A stretch of DNA of 64,000 nucleotides from an uncultured bacterium (GTDB taxonomy: Bacteria; Hydrothermota; Tepidihabitantia; B3-TA06), in contig CAZUXE010000009.1 in the NCBI GenBank assembly GCA_964624585.1, positions 744 through 64,743 of the forward strand. Reading direction: 5' to 3'. The position numbers and the translations under genes are program-made. Under the pieces are notes generated by a model. It had not been told where the DNA came from. It saw only the letters and a list, made by a program, of their open reading frames with translations, and did not search any database. The first letter of the stretch is position 1, and every line of letters begins with the position of its first letter. Positions 29,180 to 39,416 of the stretch are shown here, in pieces.

Positions 29180-29956
29180 ATGGGTTTATCAGAATTATCG
29201 GTTCAAAAAATCTCAAGTGTGTTAAAAAAAGCTATAAGGGAAAAAATTGCGAAATATAAACCAGAAACAGACTATAAACCATTTCACCATCGTCTTCTTG
29301 GGCGAGATAGGTATGCGATGTTTTCTTTTATTCATTCAATGAATACATCTTTCGGTACGTCTATTTGGGAACCTGTTGCCGTTATTTTAGCTCAAAACGC
29401 AGGTTATCAAGCGGAAAAATCGTATAAACTATTGGGTGAAATCGATAATGATACGGAAACGCGAATTACAGAAATTATTTACGGCCTTCAGAAAGCAGAA
29501 CGAAATGCAGATAAAAATGAAGAGATTAAAGAAATTCGGCGTGTAATAAAAAAAGGAAAACTTTTGAAGCATCCTAATTCTAATGTTGATTTACATGTAA
29601 AGATTGGTGACTTAGAGTGCTTTTTTGATATTAAGACAGTAAAGCCGAATGCTGAGGGATTTGAAGTGTTAAAAAAGAAACTTCTGAGATGGGTTGCATT
29701 GAAACTTAGCCAAGATAGAACTGCGAAAGTGTTTACGGGACTTGCTCTTCCGTATAATCCTTATCATCCTAAACCGTATAAGAGATGGACATTAAAGGGC
29801 TTGTATGATTTGGAAGGGCAAGAGGTGCTTGTAGGAAAAGAATTCTGGAATTACATTGGCGGAGGAGATGTTTACCAAGATTTGCTGAATGTTTTTCAAC
29901 AAACAGGCGAGGAGTTACGACCAGAGTTAAATAAGAAATTTTCCGAGTTCAAATAG
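29180..29956 (+). CDS. putative Type II restriction endonuclease partner (candidate PD-(D/E)xK: VD...IGD...ECFFDIK)
   Basis: Starts 5 nt after the MTase stop with a GGAG RBS, same strand, same low GC; no other recognisable domain. Confidence 0.4.
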   Translation: MGLSELSVQKISSVLKKAIREKIAKYKPETDYKPFHHRLLGRDRYAMFSFIHSMNTSFGTSIWEPVAVILAQNAGYQAEKSYKLLGEIDNDTETRITEIIYGLQKAERNADKNEEIKEIRRVIKKGKLLKHPNSNVDLHVKIGDLECFFDIKTVKPNAEGFEVLKKKLLRWVALKLSQDRTAKVFTGLALPYNPYHPKPYKRWTLKGLYDLEGQEVLVGKEFWNYIGGGDVYQDLLNVFQQTGEELRPELNKKFSEFK

Positions 29957-30056
29957 TATAATCGAAAAAACGTAGTAGTATATGATTTTTGTTTTATTTT
30001 TAAAAGTCGTTTGCGTACGGCACAGTAGAGGGAGGTTCAAATGTTGTTTCCAAGAG

Positions 30057-30084
30057 TTGACATACGATAGTCTTCAATTACAAT
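30057..30084 (+). promoter_or_regulatory. sigma70-type promoter for tRNA-Thr (TTGACA, 16-nt spacer, TACAAT)
   Basis: Near-consensus hexamers ~22 nt upstream of the tRNA. Confidence 0.45.
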
Positions 30085-30106
30085 CCAAGCAGCAGTATTG
30101 AAATTT

Positions 30107-30179
30107 GCCAACGTAGCTCAGCTGGTAGAGCAACGCTTTCGTAAAGCGTAGGTCGCTGGTTCGAATCCAGTCGTTGGCT
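30107..30179 (+). tRNA. tRNA-Thr (anticodon CGT)
   Basis: GCCAACGTAGCTCAGCTGGTAGAGCAACGCT-TTCGTAA-AGCGT..GGTTCGAATCC..CGTTGGCT cloverleaf. Confidence 0.9.
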
Positions 30180-30253
30180 TTTTACCTTGAACTTTACAGA
30201 GTTAAGTATTTTTAAGCTATTTGGGAATTAGGCTAAAATTGTGATGAAGGTGG

Positions 30254-31114
30254 TTATTTTAACAATTTTCGAAGTTTTTTTACGGTAGCAGAACCAATGG
30301 TTCTTAAAGTTCCTAATGGAAACGTTGAAGCGGCAACAATGCAAAAATAACAATTTGCTTCAAGCATAAAGTAAGTAAGAATCCAGCTATCATCCAATCG
30401 AAACAGGCTTTCTGTAAGACTATTGTAACCTGTTTCAAGAAGTGTGTTTTTCGTTAAAGCCATCAAAGTCGCGAATCTTCCCGAATAAGATTCTTTGCTT
30501 AAGTCTGATTCGTTGATTTCGGCAATAACTTTTCCACCCATAGTTACCAAGGCGCAGACAACGTCTTTTCCTATCGCTTCCACCGTTTCATCCATTACGC
30601 GTTTTATGGTCTGAACCGAATAATCAGAAATTGCCGCGATAGGTTCTGGAGTTTCTCTAAGTTGAGTGGAGTTGTTCTGTTGCTGAAGTTCGGATTCTGA
30701 ACTTTGATAAGTTTCGTTACCCTCATTAATAATATTTTGAACTACATCTATTAGTTTTTTGGAGGGAAATGGTTTTACCAGATAGTCAAGTGTTCCCAAT
30801 TCATCCATTCCTTGCGTATCGGTTGAGAGGCGTCTGTTCCACGGCATTACCTGTGATGGAAAAGCGGTAACAACAACAATTTTTTGAGCCGGAGCTATTT
30901 GACGAATATGACGAATAAGTTGAATACCATCCATTATAGGCATTTTTAAATCCGTAATTACTAATCTATATTTATTGGGTTCAAAGAAATTGAGCGCCTG
31001 GGTTCCTGAAAAAGCGATATCTACACTGAAGCCTTCGTTAATCAGAACTTTACCCATTGCTTCTACGAATTTTTCTTCATCGTCGACAAAAAGAATCCGT
31101 ACTCCTTCGTTCAC
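30254..31114 (-). CDS. response regulator: REC domain plus C-terminal Roadblock/LC7 (MglB-like) domain
   Basis: ILFVDDE...LVITDLKMPIMDGIQLIRHIR...VVVTAFPSQ receiver motifs; C-terminal region matches the Roadblock pattern. Confidence 0.6.
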   Translation of the reverse strand: MNEGVRILFVDDEEKFVEAMGKVLINEGFSVDIAFSGTQALNFFEPNKYRLVITDLKMPIMDGIQLIRHIRQIAPAQKIVVVTAFPSQVMPWNRRLSTDTQGMDELGTLDYLVKPFPSKKLIDVVQNIINEGNETYQSSESELQQQNNSTQLRETPEPIAAISDYSVQTIKRVMDETVEAIGKDVVCALVTMGGKVIAEINESDLSKESYSGRFATLMALTKNTLLETGYNSLTESLFRLDDSWILTYFMLEANCYFCIVAASTFPLGTLRTIGSATVKKLRKLLK

Positions 31115-31144
31115 CGTAATCCCCTTGAATTGATCAAAAAAAAC

Positions 31145-31849
31145 TTAGGAATTAAATTTCCCTGATTTATCTTCATCATGCTTCTTGGCCCACTTCAATA
31201 GTAAAGCATTGATTGGTTCATCAATGGTATGCTCAACCTTTTTTTGCGGGATATTGGTCTTAAATAAACCCGACTCCCAGGTTTGAATTTCATAGAAGGC
31301 TTCTTTACCTGAAAGAGTTGGGGTTTCGGCATGAACAACTTGACCTCGTTCAAAATAAATTCTGCCGACTTCGCCGTTTTCTCCCTTTAGTACTTCAAGG
31401 ACGATGGTTCTTCCCATAAAACTGTAGAGTTGTATAAGGTCGGTTGAATTTAGTCGCACCGCTCCAAACCAGCCTTGCTCTCTTTCACGCAAAGAATCAT
31501 TAACCAGTTCAATGAAACGTTTGGGTTTGATAGGTTTAGCGATATAGGTTATAGTTCCGAGACTGAAAGCCTGTTCCTGTGAACGTTGCGAAGGAAAAGC
31601 TGTAAGAACCATTATTTTTTGCATTGGGTGCAGTTTTCTAAGTTCTGTGATGAGTTCAATTCCATCCATTTTAGGCATACTTAAATCGGTAATAACTAAA
31701 TCAATATTTTCCGGTTCGAAAATCTGAAGAGCTTGTTGCCCTGAATAGGCCGCGAATACTTCGAAACCTTGCAGGCGCAAAACTTGAGCCATTGTATCTG
31801 CATATTTCTTTTCGTCATCAACAAAAAGAATACGTGCTTTAGCGCTCAT
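31145..31849 (-). CDS. response regulator: REC domain plus C-terminal DUF4388 (PATAN-associated) domain
   Basis: ILFVDDE...LVITDLSMPKMDGIELITELR...MVLTAFPSQ; C-terminal G.L..I.L.D..Q......TI.LEV..G...G.IYFE.GQVVHA...L.G.EAFYEI..W..G.F resembles DUF4388. Confidence 0.6.
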   Translation of the reverse strand: MSAKARILFVDDEKKYADTMAQVLRLQGFEVFAAYSGQQALQIFEPENIDLVITDLSMPKMDGIELITELRKLHPMQKIMVLTAFPSQRSQEQAFSLGTITYIAKPIKPKRFIELVNDSLREREQGWFGAVRLNSTDLIQLYSFMGRTIVLEVLKGENGEVGRIYFERGQVVHAETPTLSGKEAFYEIQTWESGLFKTNIPQKKVEHTIDEPINALLLKWAKKHDEDKSGKFNS

Positions 31850-31921
31850 CTAAACTCCTTTTTCTGACCAAGCGAAGATTAGTAACGGTATAATTCTCAA
31901 ACATATTATAGAATTTTTTAT

Positions 31922-34900
31922 TCATTGCGGTTGTCCGGGTACCTCAATCACAAAACTTGCTCCTATTGACGTATCCTCAAGGTATATACGTCCTTTGAAA
32001 CGTTCAAGTAACATAACGGCAATAGATAATCCTAATCCGGTTCCTTGTTTATCGGTTTTGCTGCTTACTAGTGGCTCAAATATTTCATCTCTCAAGGCAG
32101 GAGGTATACCAGGACCATTATCATGTATTACTATACGTATCATTTCGGGTTCTGCAAGTTCAGTTGCAATAACTATTTTACCTTGAGAACCCATATCTAT
32201 CATGGCTTCAAAGGCATTTTGGACAACATTAATAATAACCTGTTGTAAGGCGACAGGATCAACCAAGGCAAGTGGGAGATTGTTCTGAAACTTTGTTTCT
32301 ACCATAACCTTATCCCTGTTTAGGTGTTTAGATAAAAGGCTTAAGGCTTCGCTGACTATTTCATTCACGCTTGAGGGTTTTGTTTCCGAGCGTTTGGGTT
32401 TAGTAAATTTAAGCAATCCTGTTACAACCTTATTGGTTCTGTCAACTTGCTCTTCCATAGTATCTAGGTATTTTGATACTTCTTTTCTGATAGCTGTGGG
32501 AACATCAAGGTTTTCTGCAAGGATAGTTCGTAATAATGAAGAGGTTGCTAGCATTATTGCTAAAGGATTGTTCACCTGATGAGCAATGCCTGCAGCAAGT
32601 ACTCCTAAAGACGCAAGTTTGGATGCGTTTATAAGTTGTTGTTGCATGCGTTTACGTTCGGTTACGTCGCGGGCAATGCCTACAATTTTATTCGGCAACC
32701 TTCGTACCGATATTTCCAGAACATGCTTTTTCCCTTTAGTATCCTTAATTTCGGCTTCGAATAAAGAACGTTTGCCTGAAGTATCCGGAGAACTAATTTC
32801 GGATATTATCTCCGCTACATTTACCGATGGTTTTGAACTTACGCTTTCGACAACATCCTGTAGCAATTCTCCCGTAAGACTAAGTTGAGAAAGTCCCATA
32901 ATATCTTCTACCGCAGGGTTGATGTAGATAATTTTGCCCTCAAGATTGAGGCTAAAGATGATATCTTGAGCGCTTTCGGCAAGTCCTCTGAATTGAGCTT
33001 CAGATTCGCTTAATGCCGCTTCAATGTTTCGCATTTCTGTAATATCGCGGGCGACATGAACGCTTGCTACCTGATTGCCTGAAGGATCATGCAAAGATGA
33101 TGATGAAACTGAGAATGTTCTGTTTCTAAAGGTATCTGCCAGCTCGAAATATTCAGAAAGCTTTAGGGTTATGGCAGTAGAATCTTTTTCTTCTAAAACA
33201 TTAAAAATCTCATAAAAGCTTCGTCCCTGAACTTCCTTAACATCAACACCTATATATTCGGCGACAGCTCTGTTTGCCCTCAAAATACGATATTCGGGAT
33301 CAAGAATCATAACCAAATCGGAAATTGAATCAAAAGTGCTTTCCCATTCCTTCTTTGCTCGCTCAATTTGACTTCGTTGCTTGAATAATTCAGTCACGTC
33401 CACACAGTTACCCAGAAAAGCGGTTTGATTACCGTAAGAAATAGGGCGAGTTCTAACCTCAAGAATAGCCTTTTCACCATTTTTGCGAACTATATTCATG
33501 GTATATTGATCAGGCTGGTTTGGTTTTCGTTTCTTTTTACGTTCGGTAATAATTTTAACGCTTTCGACAGGTAACATATCAAAGATATCCATCCCAAGAA
33601 GTTCTTCACGACTGTAGCCGAGTATTCTTTCCATTGCCGGATTAACGAACAAGAATTTACTTCCTAAAGCAAGATATATTCCAACCATAGCCTCTTCGGT
33701 AAGAACACGATAACGCTCCTCTGAATCCCGCAGGGCATCTTCTGCTTGTATTCTTTTTACAACAGCGGCTAGCTCTCCCGCCACGGTTTCTGCAAAATTT
33801 AATGTATGTTCATCAACCCATGCAATGGCTAAGGTTAACATACCCAGTATTTCATGCCCTGAACGCATGGCTACCGATATAAGGTGCACAGACGTTGGAT
33901 AAATATCTGTTGCAAGTTCAGATTGTATAGATTTATAGTTGTTTTTTATCAATGCTCCCTGCTCGGCAAAAACGTCTTGCACTAATTCGTTTTTTAGAGA
34001 AAAATCTGCTATCTCCTGAAAATCCTCTAATTTACTCCCAAAAGTTTTCGTAAGTTCCAACGCACTGGAGTTTTTATTAATTAGATATATTGCACCTGCG
34101 AATACTCCCGGAGTATCGGCAAGTAAATCAGCTGAGTTATCAAGTAGCTCGTCCATTGACAAGGATCGGTTAATGCGTTTGGAACTATTGTAAAGTCCTT
34201 CAATTGTTCTACTATGGCGACGTAGTTCCCGTTCCGAACGTTTTCTGTCTATCGTACTTCCGATGATGGAACCAACTGTTTGTAAAAGTTGGATATCCTC
34301 ATGCTTCCAGGGCCTATCTTTTGAAGAATCTTCAAAACCTATAAAACCCCATGGATGATTTTCCAGTTTTATTGGATAAACTAATGTCGACAGTTTTTGT
34401 CTGGCTTTTATATCAACAGTTTGGATAAAAGACAGTTCAAAAACAGGGTTACCATATGGCCTTCCTTCATCCATTTTTGCAACCATTTCTTGAGGTAAAT
34501 CTGTATAAGAAATGTGTATTGAAGCGTTTTTTTCGCGCCTATATTCTTTTCCACTATCAGCTCCAGCAACTTGTCGAGCGGAAAGTCCTTTTTCAGGATC
34601 TTCAAAATTCTCGAAAATAAATACCCTGCTTACACCAGCAACAGCGATAAGTTCCGTTATAACTTTTTCAAACGCTTCTTGCAAATTAGCTGTTTCAACT
34701 AATACACGTGAACAGTAAGCTATAGTTTCTTCATAAAATAAGCGTGACTTAATAGTTTCTTCTCGTGCTTTGAGCATTTCTTCAAAACGTTTACGTTCGG
34801 TTATATCCACTCCTGTAGCAATGAGTCTTTTTACTTTGCTATCTGGTTCAGGTAAGGGGATAAAACGCATAATAAAGTGACGAGAATTGCGGTAAACTTC

Positions 34901-37900
34901 TGTACTGTATGGTTCGCCGGTTTTTATTTTATCAAAGGTATCCCATATTTCCTTACATTCTTCAGGAGAGTGCAGTTTGCTTATGGGATTCCCATTATAG
35001 AACTCTGGAAGGTGCGCTTCAACCGCTGCAAATGCCGAGTTAACCCGTTCGTAGTATAATTCACCATTTTCTTCTCTAAGTGACCACAGCAACACATCAA
35101 CACCCTCAAAAAGACTTTCTAACTCAAGACGATGCCTGTCCCTTTCCAATTCAGTTCGTTTTCGTTCAGTGATATCTTCGCCTGAACTGAGAACACCAGA
35201 GATATTTCCCAATTCATCGGTTAAAACGGTATGGTACCAAATAATAATTCTCTCTTCACCTTTAGAATTAATGACAGGATATTCCTGAGATTCAGCAGGT
35301 TCTTTTTGAGAATGCATAAGTAAATTAAATCGTTTTCTTGCAAACGACTTAAATTGCTGAGGAATGAAGCTATTGAACCAATTTTTACCCAATATATCAA
35401 TTTCATCGTATCCCAATATCTTGCAGCCTTTTTTATTAATTAATGTAACTTTTTCGTCTCTATCTACAACAATAAGCATCACGCCTGCAATATCTAAATA
35501 TTTTTGAATTCGTTCTTTCTCTTCGAATAAAGCAATTTCTGCAAGTTTACGCTCAAGTGCAGCTGCAAACATTCCCGTGATTCTTTCAAAAAGTTTTCTG
35601 TCGTGTTTTGTAATTTCTGTAGGTTCATGATTCCATAAATGCATTACACCCAATAGATTCCGACTCACTCCCATAATTGGCCAGGAAATTATAGAACGAA
35701 TATGCAGTTTTTCTAATCTATTTCTGAAAGGTATTAATTCTTTTTCATCATAGACATCAGGTGCTATTATGGCTTGACCTGTATTTGCTGTATGGACGGC
35801 TATGTATTGGGAATCATCCAGATATCTCGGTTTTGACGCTTTTTTTCGTTCATCGTCAGTGAAACCTACCGAAGCTATTAATTCCAAGGCGTTAGATTCC
35901 TCTTTATACAATCTCAATGAAGCAAAATGAAAGTTTAGGGTTGTAATTAATCCAGAGAGAACTTTTTGACAAAGATCTGGAATTCCTGTTGCTCCAAGCG
36001 CGGCATCGGCAATTATTTGAAAAGCATGATGTTCCTTTTCCAGCGCTCGACTAGTTTTCTCACGCTCCGCTTCAGCAGCTTTACGTCCCTTTTCCGTTTC
36101 TATACTGTATAGAGCAAAGGCAAGATCGTTTGCCAGTTCAATAAATAAGTCCTGTTCTTCTTTATCTGAACTGAGTTCCTGTGGTAAGAGAACAGCAATA
36201 ACTCCATATATCTTTTCTCCATAAGCCAATTTTTTAGCTATCAAACCCATTTGTTTAGATTCATGATGAATACAAGGCCTAAGGCAGTCCTCAAGTTCCA
36301 TATCTACTAATGTTACGATATCTTCATCCAGAATTTTAGTCATACACTCCGGTATGGAATTTTCTCTAAGCTTATTCAATAGACTTGGACAAACTTCATT
36401 TAATCCTGATTCTGTAACCGATGTTGTTTTCTTTGCAGAGTCAACACATACTACCCATGCGCTGAAATACCCTCTTGATTCCACAAGTTTTTCGCAAGCT
36501 TGTTTAAGTAAAATATCACGGTTACGTTCCTTGGTAATAAGTTGATTTACATTGCGAACGGCTTTAAGAACGGCGTTAAGATGTTTATTTTTCTTTTCAA
36601 CCAACGCTCTATCGGTAACGTCTATACAGTGGCCCAGCTGAACCTCTTCCCCCATATAAACGATAGGTGAAGTTTTTATTTCCATATAGGCTAGCTCACC
36701 GTTTTTCCGCCTTACTCTTATCATATAATGATCCGGAATATCAAGTCCCTTTTTTCTGGCCAACTTTCGTTCTTCAAGTACCCCTTCTAAATCATCTTTA
36801 AGAATAAGATCCAAGGGATTTATTGCTAAAAGTTCGTCGGATGAATAACCGGTTATTTTTTCCATTTCAGGATTAACATAAATAAATCTATCATCCTTGC
36901 TGAAAATATATATTCCAACTTGAGCAACTTCAGTAAACCTGCGGAATCGCGCTTCAGATGTTTTCAGGGTTTTTAAATACCGAATTTCGCGGATTTGGCG
37001 TCCTATAATATCTACGATATCTTCAAGATACAAAATAGTTTCTATATCCGGCCTTTTCATATTAAATGGGGTATCAACGGAAAGATAGCTTTCTGGCGCG
37101 CCGCTTTTTGAAAGTAAAGATACCAGTAGTTCATCACCTTTTTTCCAGCCCTGCTCTTCTGTATTTGAAGGCTCCTCTTGAATAAGATAACGTCCGGTTT
37201 GCTTTATATTAACACCTGCATCAGCTGGAATAAAGTAAGAATTACTTATTTTGAACTCTTCTCTTAGCATCTGTTTCATTATCTCTGGTGTTGCCGGTGA
37301 CGATGCAGCCATTTTAGCGACAACTTCCGGATCAAGACCTACCTGAGCCCAATGGGTCGTTTTTCCTTCATTATCCTTCAAAGTAAATACAGCCCTTTTG
37401 AATAGGCGAGCATTTTTTACAGCATCGCAACCCAACTGTAAACATTCTTCAAGGGTCTTTGCTTCCCGTAAATCGGCCAACAAATCAGCCATTACAATTC
37501 GCTTAAACTCCATGGCTTTGAGGATAGAAATATTGGTTACAATGGCGGAAGTCTCAAGATAATTCCCCTTTGCATCCCTGCGGACGGATGGAGAGATAAT
37601 GCTGTTTACCCTTGAGTTATCTTTACTTATCCATGTAAGCTCAAAATGTTTTTCCCTTCCTTCCTTTTGTTTTACAAGCTGAGCGTAGATAATAGTTCTA
37701 TTTTTATCGTCAAGAAAATTGCTAATCGGTTTAGATAAAAGTTCCTCTGGAGCATAATCAAGCATTTCGCAAAAGCGATTGTTTACGTAGGTTAAAATCC
37801 CTTGTTCATTATAAATAATAAAGCCATTGTTCATATTCGCTATTAAAGACCGATAGCGTTCTTCTGATTCTTTTAAGGCCTTGCTAAGGGTCGCCTGTTC

Positions 37901-38521
37901 AATAGATTGACCAACTACATCTGCCGCAACTTTAACAAGATTGAAATCTTCAAGACTGAATTTCTGAGGTGAAAGAACAGTAATTGAACCAATTATCTGT
38001 CCCTTGCTGTCTTTGAAGGGGATACCTAAAAGTGATTGGGATTTAACCCTTTCGGTAATAATTTTTGTCAGCTTGCGTAAAGGACTACCTTCTTGCACCA
38101 AAGCTTCAAGCATAGTCTGCATATCAGTTTGAATTACCGGTTCATCAGGAGTAAAATCCAATCCAATTACAGTTGGATGGCCGGTTTTTATAGTTTGTGC
38201 AATAACGGTGTCTTGAGTCAGGGGAATTTTCCAATTTCGGTATTTTTTGCCCATAAGTTTTTCAACAAAATGGATAAGTTTCGAGGCTATTTTATGGGCG
38301 CGGACAACTAGATAACGACCACTTTCTTCAACTAAATTAACACTAACATAGGTGGGGAAAGCCATTGAAAGATGTTTAAGAATGGCGCTGAAAGTATTTT
38401 CAATAGATTGAACAGTGCATAACTCTTTAGTTAAACCAGCAAGTGCTGCACTTTCTGTAAGACAACGTTCATCGGTAGGTGATGTATCATTAGCGGATGT
38501 TTTCTTTGATGCTGCCATCAA
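31922..38521 (-). CDS. giant (2199 aa) multi-sensor histidine kinase: N-terminal GAF-like region, many PAS/PAC and GAF modules, C-terminal HisKA + HATPase_c; no receiver domain
   Basis: Repeated PAS signatures (..G.WE.D......Y.S......GY...E..G...), H-box GIAHQVNNPL, N/G1/G2 boxes NVVQNAFEAM, DNGPGIP, GTGLGLSIA at the C-terminus. Confidence 0.8.
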   Translation of the reverse strand: MMAASKKTSANDTSPTDERCLTESAALAGLTKELCTVQSIENTFSAILKHLSMAFPTYVSVNLVEESGRYLVVRAHKIASKLIHFVEKLMGKKYRNWKIPLTQDTVIAQTIKTGHPTVIGLDFTPDEPVIQTDMQTMLEALVQEGSPLRKLTKIITERVKSQSLLGIPFKDSKGQIIGSITVLSPQKFSLEDFNLVKVAADVVGQSIEQATLSKALKESEERYRSLIANMNNGFIIYNEQGILTYVNNRFCEMLDYAPEELLSKPISNFLDDKNRTIIYAQLVKQKEGREKHFELTWISKDNSRVNSIISPSVRRDAKGNYLETSAIVTNISILKAMEFKRIVMADLLADLREAKTLEECLQLGCDAVKNARLFKRAVFTLKDNEGKTTHWAQVGLDPEVVAKMAASSPATPEIMKQMLREEFKISNSYFIPADAGVNIKQTGRYLIQEEPSNTEEQGWKKGDELLVSLLSKSGAPESYLSVDTPFNMKRPDIETILYLEDIVDIIGRQIREIRYLKTLKTSEARFRRFTEVAQVGIYIFSKDDRFIYVNPEMEKITGYSSDELLAINPLDLILKDDLEGVLEERKLARKKGLDIPDHYMIRVRRKNGELAYMEIKTSPIVYMGEEVQLGHCIDVTDRALVEKKNKHLNAVLKAVRNVNQLITKERNRDILLKQACEKLVESRGYFSAWVVCVDSAKKTTSVTESGLNEVCPSLLNKLRENSIPECMTKILDEDIVTLVDMELEDCLRPCIHHESKQMGLIAKKLAYGEKIYGVIAVLLPQELSSDKEEQDLFIELANDLAFALYSIETEKGRKAAEAEREKTSRALEKEHHAFQIIADAALGATGIPDLCQKVLSGLITTLNFHFASLRLYKEESNALELIASVGFTDDERKKASKPRYLDDSQYIAVHTANTGQAIIAPDVYDEKELIPFRNRLEKLHIRSIISWPIMGVSRNLLGVMHLWNHEPTEITKHDRKLFERITGMFAAALERKLAEIALFEEKERIQKYLDIAGVMLIVVDRDEKVTLINKKGCKILGYDEIDILGKNWFNSFIPQQFKSFARKRFNLLMHSQKEPAESQEYPVINSKGEERIIIWYHTVLTDELGNISGVLSSGEDITERKRTELERDRHRLELESLFEGVDVLLWSLREENGELYYERVNSAFAAVEAHLPEFYNGNPISKLHSPEECKEIWDTFDKIKTGEPYSTEVYRNSRHFIMRFIPLPEPDSKVKRLIATGVDITERKRFEEMLKAREETIKSRLFYEETIAYCSRVLVETANLQEAFEKVITELIAVAGVSRVFIFENFEDPEKGLSARQVAGADSGKEYRREKNASIHISYTDLPQEMVAKMDEGRPYGNPVFELSFIQTVDIKARQKLSTLVYPIKLENHPWGFIGFEDSSKDRPWKHEDIQLLQTVGSIIGSTIDRKRSERELRRHSRTIEGLYNSSKRINRSLSMDELLDNSADLLADTPGVFAGAIYLINKNSSALELTKTFGSKLEDFQEIADFSLKNELVQDVFAEQGALIKNNYKSIQSELATDIYPTSVHLISVAMRSGHEILGMLTLAIAWVDEHTLNFAETVAGELAAVVKRIQAEDALRDSEERYRVLTEEAMVGIYLALGSKFLFVNPAMERILGYSREELLGMDIFDMLPVESVKIITERKKKRKPNQPDQYTMNIVRKNGEKAILEVRTRPISYGNQTAFLGNCVDVTELFKQRSQIERAKKEWESTFDSISDLVMILDPEYRILRANRAVAEYIGVDVKEVQGRSFYEIFNVLEEKDSTAITLKLSEYFELADTFRNRTFSVSSSSLHDPSGNQVASVHVARDITEMRNIEAALSESEAQFRGLAESAQDIIFSLNLEGKIIYINPAVEDIMGLSQLSLTGELLQDVVESVSSKPSVNVAEIISEISSPDTSGKRSLFEAEIKDTKGKKHVLEISVRRLPNKIVGIARDVTERKRMQQQLINASKLASLGVLAAGIAHQVNNPLAIMLATSSLLRTILAENLDVPTAIRKEVSKYLDTMEEQVDRTNKVVTGLLKFTKPKRSETKPSSVNEIVSEALSLLSKHLNRDKVMVETKFQNNLPLALVDPVALQQVIINVVQNAFEAMIDMGSQGKIVIATELAEPEMIRIVIHDNGPGIPPALRDEIFEPLVSSKTDKQGTGLGLSIAVMLLERFKGRIYLEDTSIGASFVIEVPGQPQ

Positions 38522-38859
38522 TATCCTGCCTGTTTTTTTCTAAAAAAGGTAGTTTGGAACTTCAACAAAGAAATCATTCGTAGAAAAACCTCTTAATATA
38601 TTTATACAATTTACCGATGTCTATTCGATATGAGACGAGTATAGACTTGATTAGCGATACTGTCAAGTTACAATATTCTTTGGGAAAGTTAAAATAGCGT
38701 AACCAACATATGCCCTTAACTTAGTTAAGAAGCGACTTGCCTGTTTGTAAGGAAGATCAATATCGAACTTCGCTTACCAAACCTAAGGGTTAGCTTTAGC
38801 AGTTTATAAGATTAAGTCTCCAAGTTTGACTTAAACGGCATTTCCGATATCCTTAGCCT

Positions 38860-39414
38860 ATGATTAGCAGAGAAGAAGCGCTTAAATTAGTTGAGGAAAG
38901 GGTATCTAACGTCAATTTGCGTAAGCATATGTGGTGTACAGAGGTTTGCTTGCGCGCGTTGGCTCTACGTTTTGGCAGAGATACCGATGTATGGGGTTTG
39001 GCTGGACTTTTGCACGATGTGTCTTATGAAGATGCTGAAAAGGCGGGCGGGGATTTGCATCTTCATGCCGAAATGGGCGCTAAATTGGCTGAGGAAAATG
39101 GCTTGCCTGCCGAAGCTGTACAAGCTATACGCGCACATGCAGGTGGCGTCTCCCGTAATTCTAGGCTGGACAGTGCGCTGTACGCTGTTGACCCTTTAAC
39201 CGGTTTAATAGTAGCCGCGGCATTGATGCATCCTGATAAACTTGCTGGCCTGCAACCTAAGAGTGTCCTTAAGCGTTTCAAGGATAAACGTTTTGCCGCT
39301 GGAGCGAATCGTGAGCAAATAAAAGCATGTAGCGAACTTGCTATGGATTTAGAAGATTTCGTTTCTGTTTGTCTTGAGGCAATACGTAGTATTCGAAAGG
39401 ATTTAGGTTTGTAG
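38860..39414 (+). CDS. HD-domain phosphohydrolase (HDIG/YqeK-like)
   Basis: H..(x)..HD motif: KHMWCTEVCLRALA...AGLLHDVSYE...D. Confidence 0.6.
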   Translation: MISREEALKLVEERVSNVNLRKHMWCTEVCLRALALRFGRDTDVWGLAGLLHDVSYEDAEKAGGDLHLHAEMGAKLAEENGLPAEAVQAIRAHAGGVSRNSRLDSALYAVDPLTGLIVAAALMHPDKLAGLQPKSVLKRFKDKRFAAGANREQIKACSELAMDLEDFVSVCLEAIRSIRKDLGL

Positions 39415-39416
39415 AC

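Noticed and set aside
30254-31849. The two receiver proteins as classical DNA-binding response regulators
   Set aside because: No helix-turn-helix output (OmpR, NarL or NtrC type) is recognisable. The C-terminal regions fit the Roadblock and DUF4388 patterns better.
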